Assembly: GCA_045803545.1 (NCBI GenBank)
Contig: JBJMOW010000004.1
Coordinates: forward strand, 128,001-192,000
Reading direction: 5' to 3'
Origin: Gemmatimonadaceae bacterium
GTDB lineage: Bacteria; Gemmatimonadota; Gemmatimonadetes; Gemmatimonadales; Gemmatimonadaceae
DNA: 64,000 nt
The position numbers and the translations under genes are program-made. The notes under the pieces are model-generated. The model had not been told where the DNA came from, searched no databases, and saw only the letters and a list, made by a program, of their open reading frames with translations. This document shows, piece by piece, positions 8,936 through 18,359 of the stretch (position 1 is its first letter; the number at the start of each line of letters is the position of its first letter).

Positions 8936-9087
8936 AGGTGGCGCTCAGAACGAGTTGGAGATGGCTCGTCAAAACCAGCCGCCGCATGAACCGGGCTGGT
9001 TAGCGCGGGGAAGAATAGCAGGTTTTCACCTAGGCGCTAGGGGATGGACGTTAAGTGTTTATTCTGGAATCACTTAGCTGCCTTCAG

Positions 9088-9241
9088 ATCTCGAAAACGA
9101 AAGTCGGGAGTTGGCAGACCGACAGGTTGGAGTTCGCAGTTTTCTTACGGCTGTAACTGGTGACATTCGCTCCGGACACGTGTATAACAACTGCTAACTC
9201 CAGACAGTTAACTGCGGACTGCCGACTTTGGTTTTCGAGAT
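9088..9241. repeat. Long imperfect inverted repeat (~54-bp arms) with 7-nt periodicity
   Basis: Left arm 9088-9141 versus reverse complement of 9189-9241: 26/30 matches in the outer part and 13/14 in the inner part. Confidence 0.85.
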
Positions 9242-9318
9242 GTTAGCGCCCAACAGGTTCAGTCGAATCCGCGTATAACCCCCGGACAGTTCGTCCACAA
9301 CACAGATCAGGAGATAGG

Positions 9319-9720
9319 ATGAAGGTAGTTCGCATCGCCACGCTGGCTGCTGCCCTTTGCGTTGGCATGACCGCGGTCGCTTCCGCTCAGGGAACCCAAC
9401 CGCAACAGGGGCAGGAAGGCGGACGTCGTGGCGCCCGCATGGGCGAATGGCTGCTCAAGGATATCAATCTGACCGACGCCCAGAAGGATCAGATCAAGAC
9501 GATCCGCGAGAAGTACGTGCCGCAACAGATGGAGCTGCGCAAAGCGGCACAGGCGACTGGCTCAGTGGACGATGCTACCCGCGCAAAGATGGTGGATCTC
9601 CAGGACAAGCAGGCCGCTGAGATCCGCGCGGTTCTCACCGCCGATCAGCAGACGACGTTCGACAAGAATCTCGCTGCAATGAAAACAAAGATGGCAGAGC
9701 GCCGTAACGGCAGCAGCTAA
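9319..9720 (+). CDS. Spy/CpxP family (LTXXQ) periplasmic chaperone
   Basis: Signal peptide; LTDAQ and LTADQ motifs; AGGAG SD. Confidence 0.88.
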   Translation: MKVVRIATLAAALCVGMTAVASAQGTQPQQGQEGGRRGARMGEWLLKDINLTDAQKDQIKTIREKYVPQQMELRKAAQATGSVDDATRAKMVDLQDKQAAEIRAVLTADQQTTFDKNLAAMKTKMAERRNGSS

Positions 9721-10877
9721 CTCTCCGGGCGCGGCTCCAGGGCCGCGATCGTGTAGTTGCTCTTCGGGTTCCAGAGTATCCAGCTCGGGAACCCGTTGTC
9801 GTATCCGGCCTTCTTCTGCGCGCGAATGTGCTCGGCGTAGTAGTGCGGCGGGCCCAGCGTGAAGTCCTGATACCACGGAATTATTTTCGCCGCCCCGGTG
9901 ACGGGCTTGGTGCGCTCGAGGGCGTCCTTGAGCGCGTTATCGATTGTCTCGTACGGATGCGCGTTCGGATTCCGCAGCTTGTAGGTCCCGCGAGCGAAGT
10001 GCGACGGATAAACCATCGGTAGCACGACATCGACCTGGTCGACGAACATCTCCCACTTCTGGCCAATGCCCATGTCGGTCGTATCGGTAGCAGTCAGACC
10101 GAACACATCCGCGGTAACTCGCATCGGTAGTGTCTTGACGGCGCGACGGATGAATCCTAGCTGCTCGCGAATCACCTGTGCGCGGACTCTGCCATTGGCA
10201 AGCGGATAGGTCGCCTCACGCTGGAGTCTCTTCTCGTCCGGGAATCGCACGTAGTCGAACTGCACTTCGCTGAACCCGAGGTTATATGCCTCGCGCGCAA
10301 GATCAGCAGCGTACTGCCAGACCTCGCGATGGTGTGGATCGAGCCACGGATTCCCATTCTTGTCCAGCCACGGCTGGAGATCCGACTTTCGCTTGATTGC
10401 GAGATTCAGCTTTTTGCTCGCGAGTAGCGGGTCCTTGGCGACGACGATGCGGGCGATGGGGTAGATCCGATGCGCAGCGAGGGTGTCGAGCACGGCGCGC
10501 AGTTTCGCTCGAGACATCCAGTGACCGTCGGCGGTATCGGCGCCGATCTCGTGAGCGAGCGGGACATCGGATGGATAGAGCACGAACCCGCGATCGTCCT
10601 TCACATCGATCACCAGCGCGTTGACCTCGGTCTTTTTGGCGAGATCGATCAGGATTTTAAGCTTGCTGCCGAGCGCAGCCCAGCGATTGACGTAGAGTCC
10701 ACGCAGGGTATCGGGCGTAGGAACATGCACGACGGGCGGCGGGGCAGGCTTGGTTTCTTGCAGTGATTTACCGGGAGGTGGCGACGCGACGACTTGTTTC
10801 GCCGGCGGCGTTTGCGGAGGTTCGCATGCAACGCCGATAACTGCGATCACCGCGAGCGTTGCCAACGGAATGTTCAT
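9717..10877 (-). CDS. Putative glycoside hydrolase lipoprotein (DUF4015-like TIM barrel)
   Basis: Lipobox GVAC; NALVIDVKDDRG, EVQFDYVRFP and PMVYPSH motifs. Confidence 0.85.
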   Translation of the reverse strand: MNIPLATLAVIAVIGVACEPPQTPPAKQVVASPPPGKSLQETKPAPPPVVHVPTPDTLRGLYVNRWAALGSKLKILIDLAKKTEVNALVIDVKDDRGFVLYPSDVPLAHEIGADTADGHWMSRAKLRAVLDTLAAHRIYPIARIVVAKDPLLASKKLNLAIKRKSDLQPWLDKNGNPWLDPHHREVWQYAADLAREAYNLGFSEVQFDYVRFPDEKRLQREATYPLANGRVRAQVIREQLGFIRRAVKTLPMRVTADVFGLTATDTTDMGIGQKWEMFVDQVDVVLPMVYPSHFARGTYKLRNPNAHPYETIDNALKDALERTKPVTGAAKIIPWYQDFTLGPPHYYAEHIRAQKKAGYDNGFPSWILWNPKSNYTIAALEPRPES

Positions 10878-10921
10878 TTTGCTGGCGCGACGGTTTTCGC
10901 CGCGACAAGGAGGACTGAAGC

Positions 10922-12928
10922 TCAGAGCGCGTTCAATTCAGCGTTGGCGTCAGAGAGATAGCTCATCTCTCTCACCACACTCTGGGCCTGCTGAGTGACC
11001 ATTGTCAGTCCGGTCGCCTGCGCGTTGAGCCCGCCAGTGCGGAAACGCACCAGCTCCAGTCGCATCGAGCGAAGTAGCTGACGACAGTGATCGAGCTTCT
11101 CCTGCGCCTCTTTCTTTTTTCTTCCGACATCGGCGAGCGCCCGGCGCTCGCGACGCAGCATCGCGAGCCGGCGCACCCTCTCCTCACTCGCCCGATAATC
11201 GAGCGGGTTGGCCTGCGCCTCGAGCGTCGTGATTTCTTTCTCGACGGACTCGGGACTTTCGCGATTGGTGCTGCGATCTAGGTCCTGCATCGAAAGTGCG
11301 AGCTGCTGCACCTTGCGGAAGACGGCGTCGGCAGAAGTCGCAACTTCAGGTATCTGCTCTCGGTCGTCCGGTGGCATGTTGAGCAACTGGCGATGGATCT
11401 CGCGATGATCGCTCTCTGCTTCGCGGATGGCCGAGCCGTAGCGGGAATCGCCGAACGCTGGCGGCGAGCCGGCGGGGACAGGGCTCAGACTCGTACTCGG
11501 GCCGCCCGTGCGCGGATACGGCTGAAACGGCTGCGCGGTCGGTAGCGGTGACATCGGCGTGAACAGTCCCTGCCCGCGCGCTCGCGCCCGACGCCGGACT
11601 TCCTCCCGCTTTTTCTCGTCAAACAACGCACGCGCATCGTCGATCGTCTCGGCAGCGACGTCGAAGATCAGACGATCGCGCGGCTGCCGAAATACGTCGC
11701 GCCAATCGTACCCGGCCGCCCAGAGCTTCGAATAGCGGAACGCGAGGAAGACCGTCCACATCACCGTCAGGGCGATGAAGTCGTGGTTAGAGAACAATGA
11801 TATCGGCACCAGGATCGCATTGACCGCCAGATACGGTGCGAGCTTGCGACGGAAGGAGACGACCATTGGCGCGTTCCATTTGCTCAACTCTTCCGGCGAC
11901 GGCTGCGACCCACTGTATCCGGCAGCGCTCGAACCCGTACGGCCGTAGCGTGAGGTGGCGTAGTCACGAACGCCTTGTTCGGCGTAGTCGCGGAAGTTCG
12001 TCGGCACTCCTCGATCGCGCGTTGGTTCCCGCGACGCAGGTAGCGATGCGCGCGTTGCCAGAGTCGGCATCGCACCGCCGCTCAGTGCCTGAGCGAATGC
12101 TGCCGCATTCGGGAACCGGTCCGCCGGATCCTTCTCGAGGCATATCATGACCGCTCGTCCGAGATCGGGCGGAATGTCGGGCCAGCGCTCGTCGACTGGA
12201 ATTGGACGCTCCGACAGATGCTTGACCAGCATCGATGGCGTGTTGCTGGCGACGAACGGCGGCTGTCCGCACAGCATTTGATAACCGACGACACCGAGTG
12301 AGTAGAGGTCGCTGCGCCCGTCGATGGCGCGATCACCCGCCGATTGTTCGGGCGACATGTACGCCGGTGTTCCAATCGCCATGCCTGTCGCAGTCAGGCG
12401 CGAATCGCCGCTATCCGTGAGAGCGCGCGCGATACCGAAGTCCGTCACCATCGCCCTGCCCGTTTCCTCATCGATGATGATGTTGTCGGGTTTGATGTCG
12501 CGGTGGATGACGTTGCGGTTGTGTGCGTAAGCGAGCGCTTCCGCCACTTCTTTCAGAATGCGCCTGACTTCCACTGCCGGCAGAGGTCCGTGCTGCTGAA
12601 GACGCACACCGAGGTTGTCGCCCTTGATGTACGCCATCACGAAGTAGACGAGATTGTCCTTCTCTTCGACCGTATAGATCGGAACGATGTTCGAGTGATT
12701 CAGCTGCGCGGCGGTCTCGGCTTCGCGGAGGAATCGCTGGCGAATATCAGCGCGGAAACTCAGCTCGGGGGGCAGGACTTTGATCGCGATTTCACGTTTC
12801 AGGCGTCTGTCGCGAGCGCAATACACGATGCCCATTCCGCCACGACCAACCTCGTCCTCTAGCTCATAGTTTGCAGAGAGGACCTGCGCGACGTGGGTGC
12901 CAAGTTCGTCTTCGGGCTTAATTGGCAT
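10922..12928 (-). CDS. Hanks-type Ser/Thr kinase with a two-TM segment and C-terminal coiled coil
   Basis: GRGGMG, AIK, HRDIKPDN, DFG and GTPAYMSPEQ; two hydrophobic helices; charged heptad-like tail. Confidence 0.93.
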   Translation of the reverse strand: MPIKPEDELGTHVAQVLSANYELEDEVGRGGMGIVYCARDRRLKREIAIKVLPPELSFRADIRQRFLREAETAAQLNHSNIVPIYTVEEKDNLVYFVMAYIKGDNLGVRLQQHGPLPAVEVRRILKEVAEALAYAHNRNVIHRDIKPDNIIIDEETGRAMVTDFGIARALTDSGDSRLTATGMAIGTPAYMSPEQSAGDRAIDGRSDLYSLGVVGYQMLCGQPPFVASNTPSMLVKHLSERPIPVDERWPDIPPDLGRAVMICLEKDPADRFPNAAAFAQALSGGAMPTLATRASLPASREPTRDRGVPTNFRDYAEQGVRDYATSRYGRTGSSAAGYSGSQPSPEELSKWNAPMVVSFRRKLAPYLAVNAILVPISLFSNHDFIALTVMWTVFLAFRYSKLWAAGYDWRDVFRQPRDRLIFDVAAETIDDARALFDEKKREEVRRRARARGQGLFTPMSPLPTAQPFQPYPRTGGPSTSLSPVPAGSPPAFGDSRYGSAIREAESDHREIHRQLLNMPPDDREQIPEVATSADAVFRKVQQLALSMQDLDRSTNRESPESVEKEITTLEAQANPLDYRASEERVRRLAMLRRERRALADVGRKKKEAQEKLDHCRQLLRSMRLELVRFRTGGLNAQATGLTMVTQQAQSVVREMSYLSDANAELNAL

Positions 12929-13060
12929 GTCGCCGCGTCGAATCAGCAGTTTCCATGTTGCACTTCATGCCGGGCTGGCGTAAATCCACGAGAGCAAAAG
13001 ATGCAGTAAGGGAGGACCGTTCAGTAGTATCTAAATAAGGTCTTTGGCTTCGGAAGGACA

Positions 13061-15613
13061 ATGGCACAGCGTCAAACACTTCCCGTTCTCCCGCTAAGGG
13101 GAACGGTAATTTTTCCCGGTTTAACCCAGCCGATCGCGGCAGGACGGCCCTCAACCCTGCGCGCGATCGAGGCTGCACTCAAGGGCGATCGCGTCGTGTT
13201 CGCGGTTGCACAACGCGACAATACCGAAGAGCCCACGGCAGATATTCTGTACTCGATGGGCGTCATAGCGCGCATCGGTCAGATTCAGCGCGGGCTCGGC
13301 GGTGTCCAGTTGCTGCTGCAAGGCGAACAGCGGGCAACCGCTCTTCAATACTCACAAACTGACGGATACCTGAGCGCCGTAATCGTTCCAGCCGAGGAAA
13401 TGACTCCTCAAACGGAAAACGATCCTGCGTTCACCGCGTTACAGAAAGAGACTCGCGAGCGCGCAGCAGAGCTCGGTGAGCGTCGTGGTTTGCCCGAGGA
13501 AGTCGTTCATCAGGTGCTCGACTCTGTAACTGATCCCGGCCGTTTCGCGGATCTCGTTGCTGGCTATATCGAGTTGCCCGTACCCGAAAAGCAGGGACTG
13601 CTGGAAACCCTGAGTGTTGAGGAACGGCTGCGGCGTGTTCTCGTACACGTTCAGCGTCAGGTCGGATTGCTGGAAGCGCAGGAAGATATCAAGTCGCAGG
13701 TGCAGGAAGAGCTCGGTGAACGGCAGCGCGAGATGTACCTCCGCGAGCAGCTGAAAGCGATTCAGAAAGAGCTCGGCGACGATGATTCCAGCAAGGAAAT
13801 CACCGAGCTGCGCGATAAGCTTGCGAAGCTGGAGCTTCCGAAGGAGGCGCGCGCGGAGGTTGAGCGCGAGCTGGGAAGATTGGAGCGCGCCGGTCGCGAG
13901 TCCATGGAAGCACAGGTGATCCGCACCTACCTGGAGTGGATCGCGGAACTTCCGTGGAATAAACGTTCGGACGACCAACTCGATCTCAAGCACGCTGAGA
14001 CCGTGCTTGACGACGATCACTACGGCCTGAAGGACGTCAAGGATCGCGTGCTCGAGTTTCTCGCCGTCCGACAACTGCGCGCATCGCAGCTCGCTGACGA
14101 AGTCGAGAAATCGGGAGAGGTTCCGGCCGCCAAGCTGTTCGACGATCGTGACGAAGCAAATCCATCGTTGATGGTGGGCGAAAAAGCCGACAAGCCGATC
14201 ACCGACAAGGCAGAAGCAAAGTCGCGCGCGATGGCGAAGGGCCCGATTCTTCTTTTCATCGGGCCTCCCGGCGTGGGTAAGACGTCGATTGCGAAATCGA
14301 TCGCCAGATCGCTCGGCCGCGAGTATGTGCGCGTGGCGCTTGGCGGTGCACGAGACGAGGCGGATATCCGCGGACATCGGCGCACCTACGTCGGCGCCCT
14401 GCCGGGTCGCATCATCCAGGGAATGAAGCAGGCCGGAACGAAAAACCCTGTGTTCCTGCTCGACGAAGTCGATAAGCTGGGCACGTCATTCCAGGGCGAT
14501 CCCGCGAGCGCATTGCTCGAAGTACTCGATCCCGCACAAAACGACACCTTCACCGATCACTACCTCGGGATTCCGTTCGATCTGAGTGAAGTGCTGTTCA
14601 TCGCGACCGCGAACTTCGTTCAGAACATTCCGGGTCCGCTACTGGATCGAATGGAGGTGGTCGACTTCGCCGGTTACACGGAGAAGGAGAAGGCGGAGAT
14701 CGCCAAGAAGTATCTCCTGCCTCGTCAGCTCATAGAGTCAGGCTTGAGCGACAAGAACATTACGTTCACTGAAGACGCTATCATGTCGGTGGTGTCGAAC
14801 TACACTCGCGAGAGCGGAGTTCGACAGCTCGAACGCCAGATTGGTGCGGTTGCGCGCAAGCTGGCTCGAAAGATCGCCGCGAGTGAAGACGTACAACACA
14901 TTGTCGACGCCGAGGCAGTTCGCGACTTACTTGGGCGGCCGCGGGTTCATCCCGAGCATGCATTGGCCGAGAGCGAAGTCGGCATTGCGACGGGCATGTA
15001 CTACACGCCGATGGGCGGGGACATCATGTTCGTCGAAGCGTCGATTCGCCGATACTATGGTAATCGCCAAACCGACGGCCCAGAGACAGTGGGGCCTGGC
15101 GGTGCTGTATCGCTGATCCTAACTGGCCAGCTCGGCGACGTCATGAAGGAGTCGGCGCGCGCGGCATTCACTTATGCAACGAACAATGCGGCATTGCTGG
15201 GCATTCCGCGTGACAGGTTGGGCGCGATCGAAGCGCACATCCACGTGCCCGCGGGCGCGATCCCCAAGGACGGACCGTCCGCCGGAATTGCGATTGCGAC
15301 AGCGCTTGTTTCGGAGATGTCTGAGCGCCCGATAAGACAGGAAGTAGCGATGACAGGGGAGATAACGCTTCGCGGTCGTGTGCTTCCAATTGGCGGACTG
15401 AAGGAGAAGGTCCTCGGCGCGCACCGCGCCGGGATCAAGACCATCGTTCTGCCCAAGGGAAACGAAGCCGATATCGAGGATGTTCCGGAAGAAGTGCGGA
15501 ACGTGCTCGACTTCCATCCGGTCGAGACGCTGCAGCAGGTGCTCGAGATAGCACTGGTGCCGGCCGAGCCCGGCGAACAGGCGCCCCCGCTGGAGATGAA
15601 AGAAGTCGCTTAG
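13061..15613 (+). CDS. lon: Endopeptidase La (Lon protease)
   Basis: LPVLPLR N-domain; Walker A GPPGVGKTS; LLDEVDK; catalytic PKDGPSAG and GGLKEK. Confidence 0.97.
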   Translation: MAQRQTLPVLPLRGTVIFPGLTQPIAAGRPSTLRAIEAALKGDRVVFAVAQRDNTEEPTADILYSMGVIARIGQIQRGLGGVQLLLQGEQRATALQYSQTDGYLSAVIVPAEEMTPQTENDPAFTALQKETRERAAELGERRGLPEEVVHQVLDSVTDPGRFADLVAGYIELPVPEKQGLLETLSVEERLRRVLVHVQRQVGLLEAQEDIKSQVQEELGERQREMYLREQLKAIQKELGDDDSSKEITELRDKLAKLELPKEARAEVERELGRLERAGRESMEAQVIRTYLEWIAELPWNKRSDDQLDLKHAETVLDDDHYGLKDVKDRVLEFLAVRQLRASQLADEVEKSGEVPAAKLFDDRDEANPSLMVGEKADKPITDKAEAKSRAMAKGPILLFIGPPGVGKTSIAKSIARSLGREYVRVALGGARDEADIRGHRRTYVGALPGRIIQGMKQAGTKNPVFLLDEVDKLGTSFQGDPASALLEVLDPAQNDTFTDHYLGIPFDLSEVLFIATANFVQNIPGPLLDRMEVVDFAGYTEKEKAEIAKKYLLPRQLIESGLSDKNITFTEDAIMSVVSNYTRESGVRQLERQIGAVARKLARKIAASEDVQHIVDAEAVRDLLGRPRVHPEHALAESEVGIATGMYYTPMGGDIMFVEASIRRYYGNRQTDGPETVGPGGAVSLILTGQLGDVMKESARAAFTYATNNAALLGIPRDRLGAIEAHIHVPAGAIPKDGPSAGIAIATALVSEMSERPIRQEVAMTGEITLRGRVLPIGGLKEKVLGAHRAGIKTIVLPKGNEADIEDVPEEVRNVLDFHPVETLQQVLEIALVPAEPGEQAPPLEMKEVA

Positions 15614-15636
15614 CGGGAGGCGGGAGGCGGGAGGCG
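15613..15636. repeat. Heptamer tandem repeat (GCGGGAG)x3.4
   Basis: Directly visible, overlapping the last base of the lon stop codon. Confidence 0.8.
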
Positions 15637-15647
15637 TCTCAGCCAAT

Positions 15648-15683
15648 GCAAAAAGGGGAAGCCACATGGCTTCCTCTTTTTGC
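15648..15683. terminator. Bidirectional intrinsic terminator
   Basis: GCAAAAAGGGGAAGCCA-CA-TGGCTTCCTCTTTTTGC between convergent genes. Confidence 0.85.
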
Positions 15684-15697
15684 TTTCGCAGGCGGGT

Positions 15698-16192
15698 TTA
15701 GGGAACTACTTCAAACACGTTCGTGGCCGCGCGGACGCTGAGAGCGGCGGTCCCGTCGTCACCACCGACATATACCTGGAACCGGATTCTATACTGGTTC
15801 TCGGGATCGGTAAAACGGAAACCCGAGTATTGAGGGGGCGTGTCGGCGATCGACATCGAAACAGTCTCAGTCGCGCCAGGTTGGATTGGGCTATCGACGA
15901 AATTGGCTAGACATACAGGAGACCATATATCCTCCCAGCCTGCTCCGTGGAATCGTTCGAGAGACTCACTGCACCACCCTCGTGTGATCACTTTGGATGT
16001 GGAGTTCTTGATCTTCACCTCTACTGCGATCTGCCTGTACCCTGCGTCCGTCACGTTAGTGAAATGGACGGTGACCGGCGCCGTAATGGTCAAGCCAATC
16101 ACATCTACTGGCGCGGTGGAATCTCCACAGCCCACGGCCATCACTCCAGTAAGAGCGATTGCCACGCCAACTGCAAACCGGCGAGTTTTCAC
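15698..16192 (-). CDS. Hypothetical lipoprotein (beta-rich, Ig-like)
   Basis: GTG start with GAGG SD; lipobox AVGC; internal Cys pair; PIQPGAT motif. Confidence 0.75.
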   Translation of the reverse strand: MKTRRFAVGVAIALTGVMAVGCGDSTAPVDVIGLTITAPVTVHFTNVTDAGYRQIAVEVKIKNSTSKVITRGWCSESLERFHGAGWEDIWSPVCLANFVDSPIQPGATETVSMSIADTPPQYSGFRFTDPENQYRIRFQVYVGGDDGTAALSVRAATNVFEVVP

Positions 16193-16283
16193 TCCAACCT
16201 CTCTCTGACAATGGTTGCAACCATAGGGTTCTCCCGTCGACGACGTTATTTGGCAACTGAGGGCATCAAGGCCCCGCCGGCCG

Positions 16284-18320
16284 CTAAAAAATCACCGGCC
16301 CCCAACTAAATAGCTTCCACGGATCGGCGCGCAAGGGCGGTGGTTCCGTCCCCTCCACGAAATACTCGGTGTAATGTTCGTCAGCCGGCGTTTGATCGGT
16401 AGCGAGTTGTCCGGTCTCGCGATCGAAGTCGCCGTAAATGACTCCAGTGGGTGGCACCCACTGATCCGCCGAGCGAGTGAGGAGATCTGGTTTGGACGCG
16501 TAATAGCGCGCAACCATTTTCCCCCATACCGGCGCTGCCAGCGATCCACCAGCAGCCCCTGGCGCAATCGATGTCGGCTTATCGAAGCCGAGCCACACGC
16601 CCGCGACAACGTCGGGGGTGAGTCCGACAAACCACACATCGGAGTTGTCGTTGGTGGTCCCCGTTTTCCCAGCCGCCGGCACGGAACGCGGAAGGTACCT
16701 GCGAATGCTCGCGGCGGTCCCACGCTCGACGACGTCGCGCATCATATCGCGCACGACGTATGTCACGCGTGGATCGAGCGCGGGTGCCAGCGCGCGGACT
16801 TCGCGCGAGAACACGATTTTGCGATTGCGGTCTTCTATTCGATAGATGAATCGCGGCTCGACCGGCGTACCGAGATTCGCAAATGTCGTGTACGCTGCAA
16901 TCAGGTTGAGTGGCTGGACGACTGAAGCGCCAATCGCGCTGGAGGGGTAAGGTGCGATCGGCGTGGTGATTCCCATCCGGTACGCCAGCTGCGCGACGGA
17001 ATCCATACCGAGCTTCATCGCAACCTGCACCGCCACAACATTGCGCGACATCGCGAGCGCGTCACGAAGACTGATGTCGCCGAGGAACTTGCTGTCGGAA
17101 TTTTCCGGCCTGTAGACCGTCTTGTTCGGCAGAGTGATTGCCAGCGCAGTATCCGCGAACCGCGCGTTTGGCGGAATGCTGTCGGCAATCGCCGCGGCAT
17201 AAACGATCGGCTTGAACGACGACCCCGGCTGACGCAGCCCGTCGATGGCGCGATCGAATTGCGAATCGTTGTAATCGCGACCACCGACCAGGGCGCGAAC
17301 ATCGCCTGACGCCGGGTCGAGGGCGACGACCAACCCCTGCAGATAATCCGTCGGTTTGCCGGAGCGCGTCAATCCTTTCGGTGGATTGTACTTCGGATGC
17401 GCGTAGTCCGGGTCCGACTCCAGCGCCGCGGTTTCTTCCTGCAACGCGGTCACAGCAGCGTTTTGCAGCACTGGATCGAGACCGGTGTAGATGCGATAGC
17501 CGCCCTGCATCACCGGAATACCTGCGCGCGTTGCCTGAATGCGAACGACGTCGACGTACCATGGCGAGGGCGCCGAGTATCCACCGTTGGGTTGCGTAAC
17601 GAGAGAAGACGACTGCGCCGCCTTTGCCTGCGACTGCGTAATGAATCCCTGATCCGCCATCAGCGCCAAAACGACATTTCGACGCTGGCGCACGCGATCC
17701 GGATATTTCAGTGGGTCGTACAGGGCGGGGCCTTTCGGCATCGCAGCCAATGCAGCTGCTTCGGCGAGCGTGAGGCTGGCGGCGGGTTTGCCGAAATAGT
17801 GGCGGGCGGCACTTTCTACACCGTACCAGCCGTGTCCGAACGAAATCTGATTGAGATACCCCTCGAGGATCTGGTCTTTGCTGTAGTGCCGCTCCATCTC
17901 TCGCGCCGCAGCCTGTTCGTCGAGCTTGCGTCCGAGACTGCGATCGGTGCGATCGATGAGCGTCGGATGCATGTTGCCCACGAGCTGCTGGGTGATGGTG
18001 CTGGCGCCACGCCGCTCGCCGAAGATGTTGTCCTTGAGCGCGCCGGCGATGCCGACTACGTCGACGCCATCGTGTTGATAGAAGCGATGGTCCTCGACAG
18101 CAACGAATGCCTGGCCAACGTATTTCGGCAGCGTACGGATGGAGATGCTGGTGCGAATCTCTTTACCGATCTCACCGATCAGCGAGCCGTCACGGGCGTA
18201 GACGAGCGACGCCTGGGGTTGGGGGACGATCGTCCAAGCCGCGGTGTCGGCTGTGGTCGTGCCCTGCGCGACGACGAGCGATGGGGTCAGGATCGAGAGT
18301 GCAAGCAGCAGTCGGCGCAA
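16284..18320 (-). CDS. Class A penicillin-binding protein (PBP1A family)
   Basis: Transglycosylase EDHRFYQHDG and GASTITQQ; transpeptidase SSFK, SRN and KTG; likely TTG start at 18320 (track 18377). Confidence 0.94.
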   Translation of the reverse strand: MRRLLLALSILTPSLVVAQGTTTADTAAWTIVPQPQASLVYARDGSLIGEIGKEIRTSISIRTLPKYVGQAFVAVEDHRFYQHDGVDVVGIAGALKDNIFGERRGASTITQQLVGNMHPTLIDRTDRSLGRKLDEQAAAREMERHYSKDQILEGYLNQISFGHGWYGVESAARHYFGKPAASLTLAEAAALAAMPKGPALYDPLKYPDRVRQRRNVVLALMADQGFITQSQAKAAQSSSLVTQPNGGYSAPSPWYVDVVRIQATRAGIPVMQGGYRIYTGLDPVLQNAAVTALQEETAALESDPDYAHPKYNPPKGLTRSGKPTDYLQGLVVALDPASGDVRALVGGRDYNDSQFDRAIDGLRQPGSSFKPIVYAAAIADSIPPNARFADTALAITLPNKTVYRPENSDSKFLGDISLRDALAMSRNVVAVQVAMKLGMDSVAQLAYRMGITTPIAPYPSSAIGASVVQPLNLIAAYTTFANLGTPVEPRFIYRIEDRNRKIVFSREVRALAPALDPRVTYVVRDMMRDVVERGTAASIRRYLPRSVPAAGKTGTTNDNSDVWFVGLTPDVVAGVWLGFDKPTSIAPGAAGGSLAAPVWGKMVARYYASKPDLLTRSADQWVPPTGVIYGDFDRETGQLATDQTPADEHYTEYFVEGTEPPPLRADPWKLFSWGPVIF

Positions 18321-18359
18321 CGGTTGATTGTACCTCAACGCTATGGCAACTTCCGATAG

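Noticed and set aside
14075..14240. Intein in Lon
   Set aside because: The insertion is too short and lacks an N-terminal Cys/Ser block and the C-terminal His-Asn followed by Cys/Ser/Thr.
13439..18359. Long antisense ORFs (e.g. 13439-14377, 17397-18359, also 29970-30833 and 54759-55850)
   Set aside because: They are shadow frames of well-supported genes in high-GC DNA and contain no recognisable motifs.
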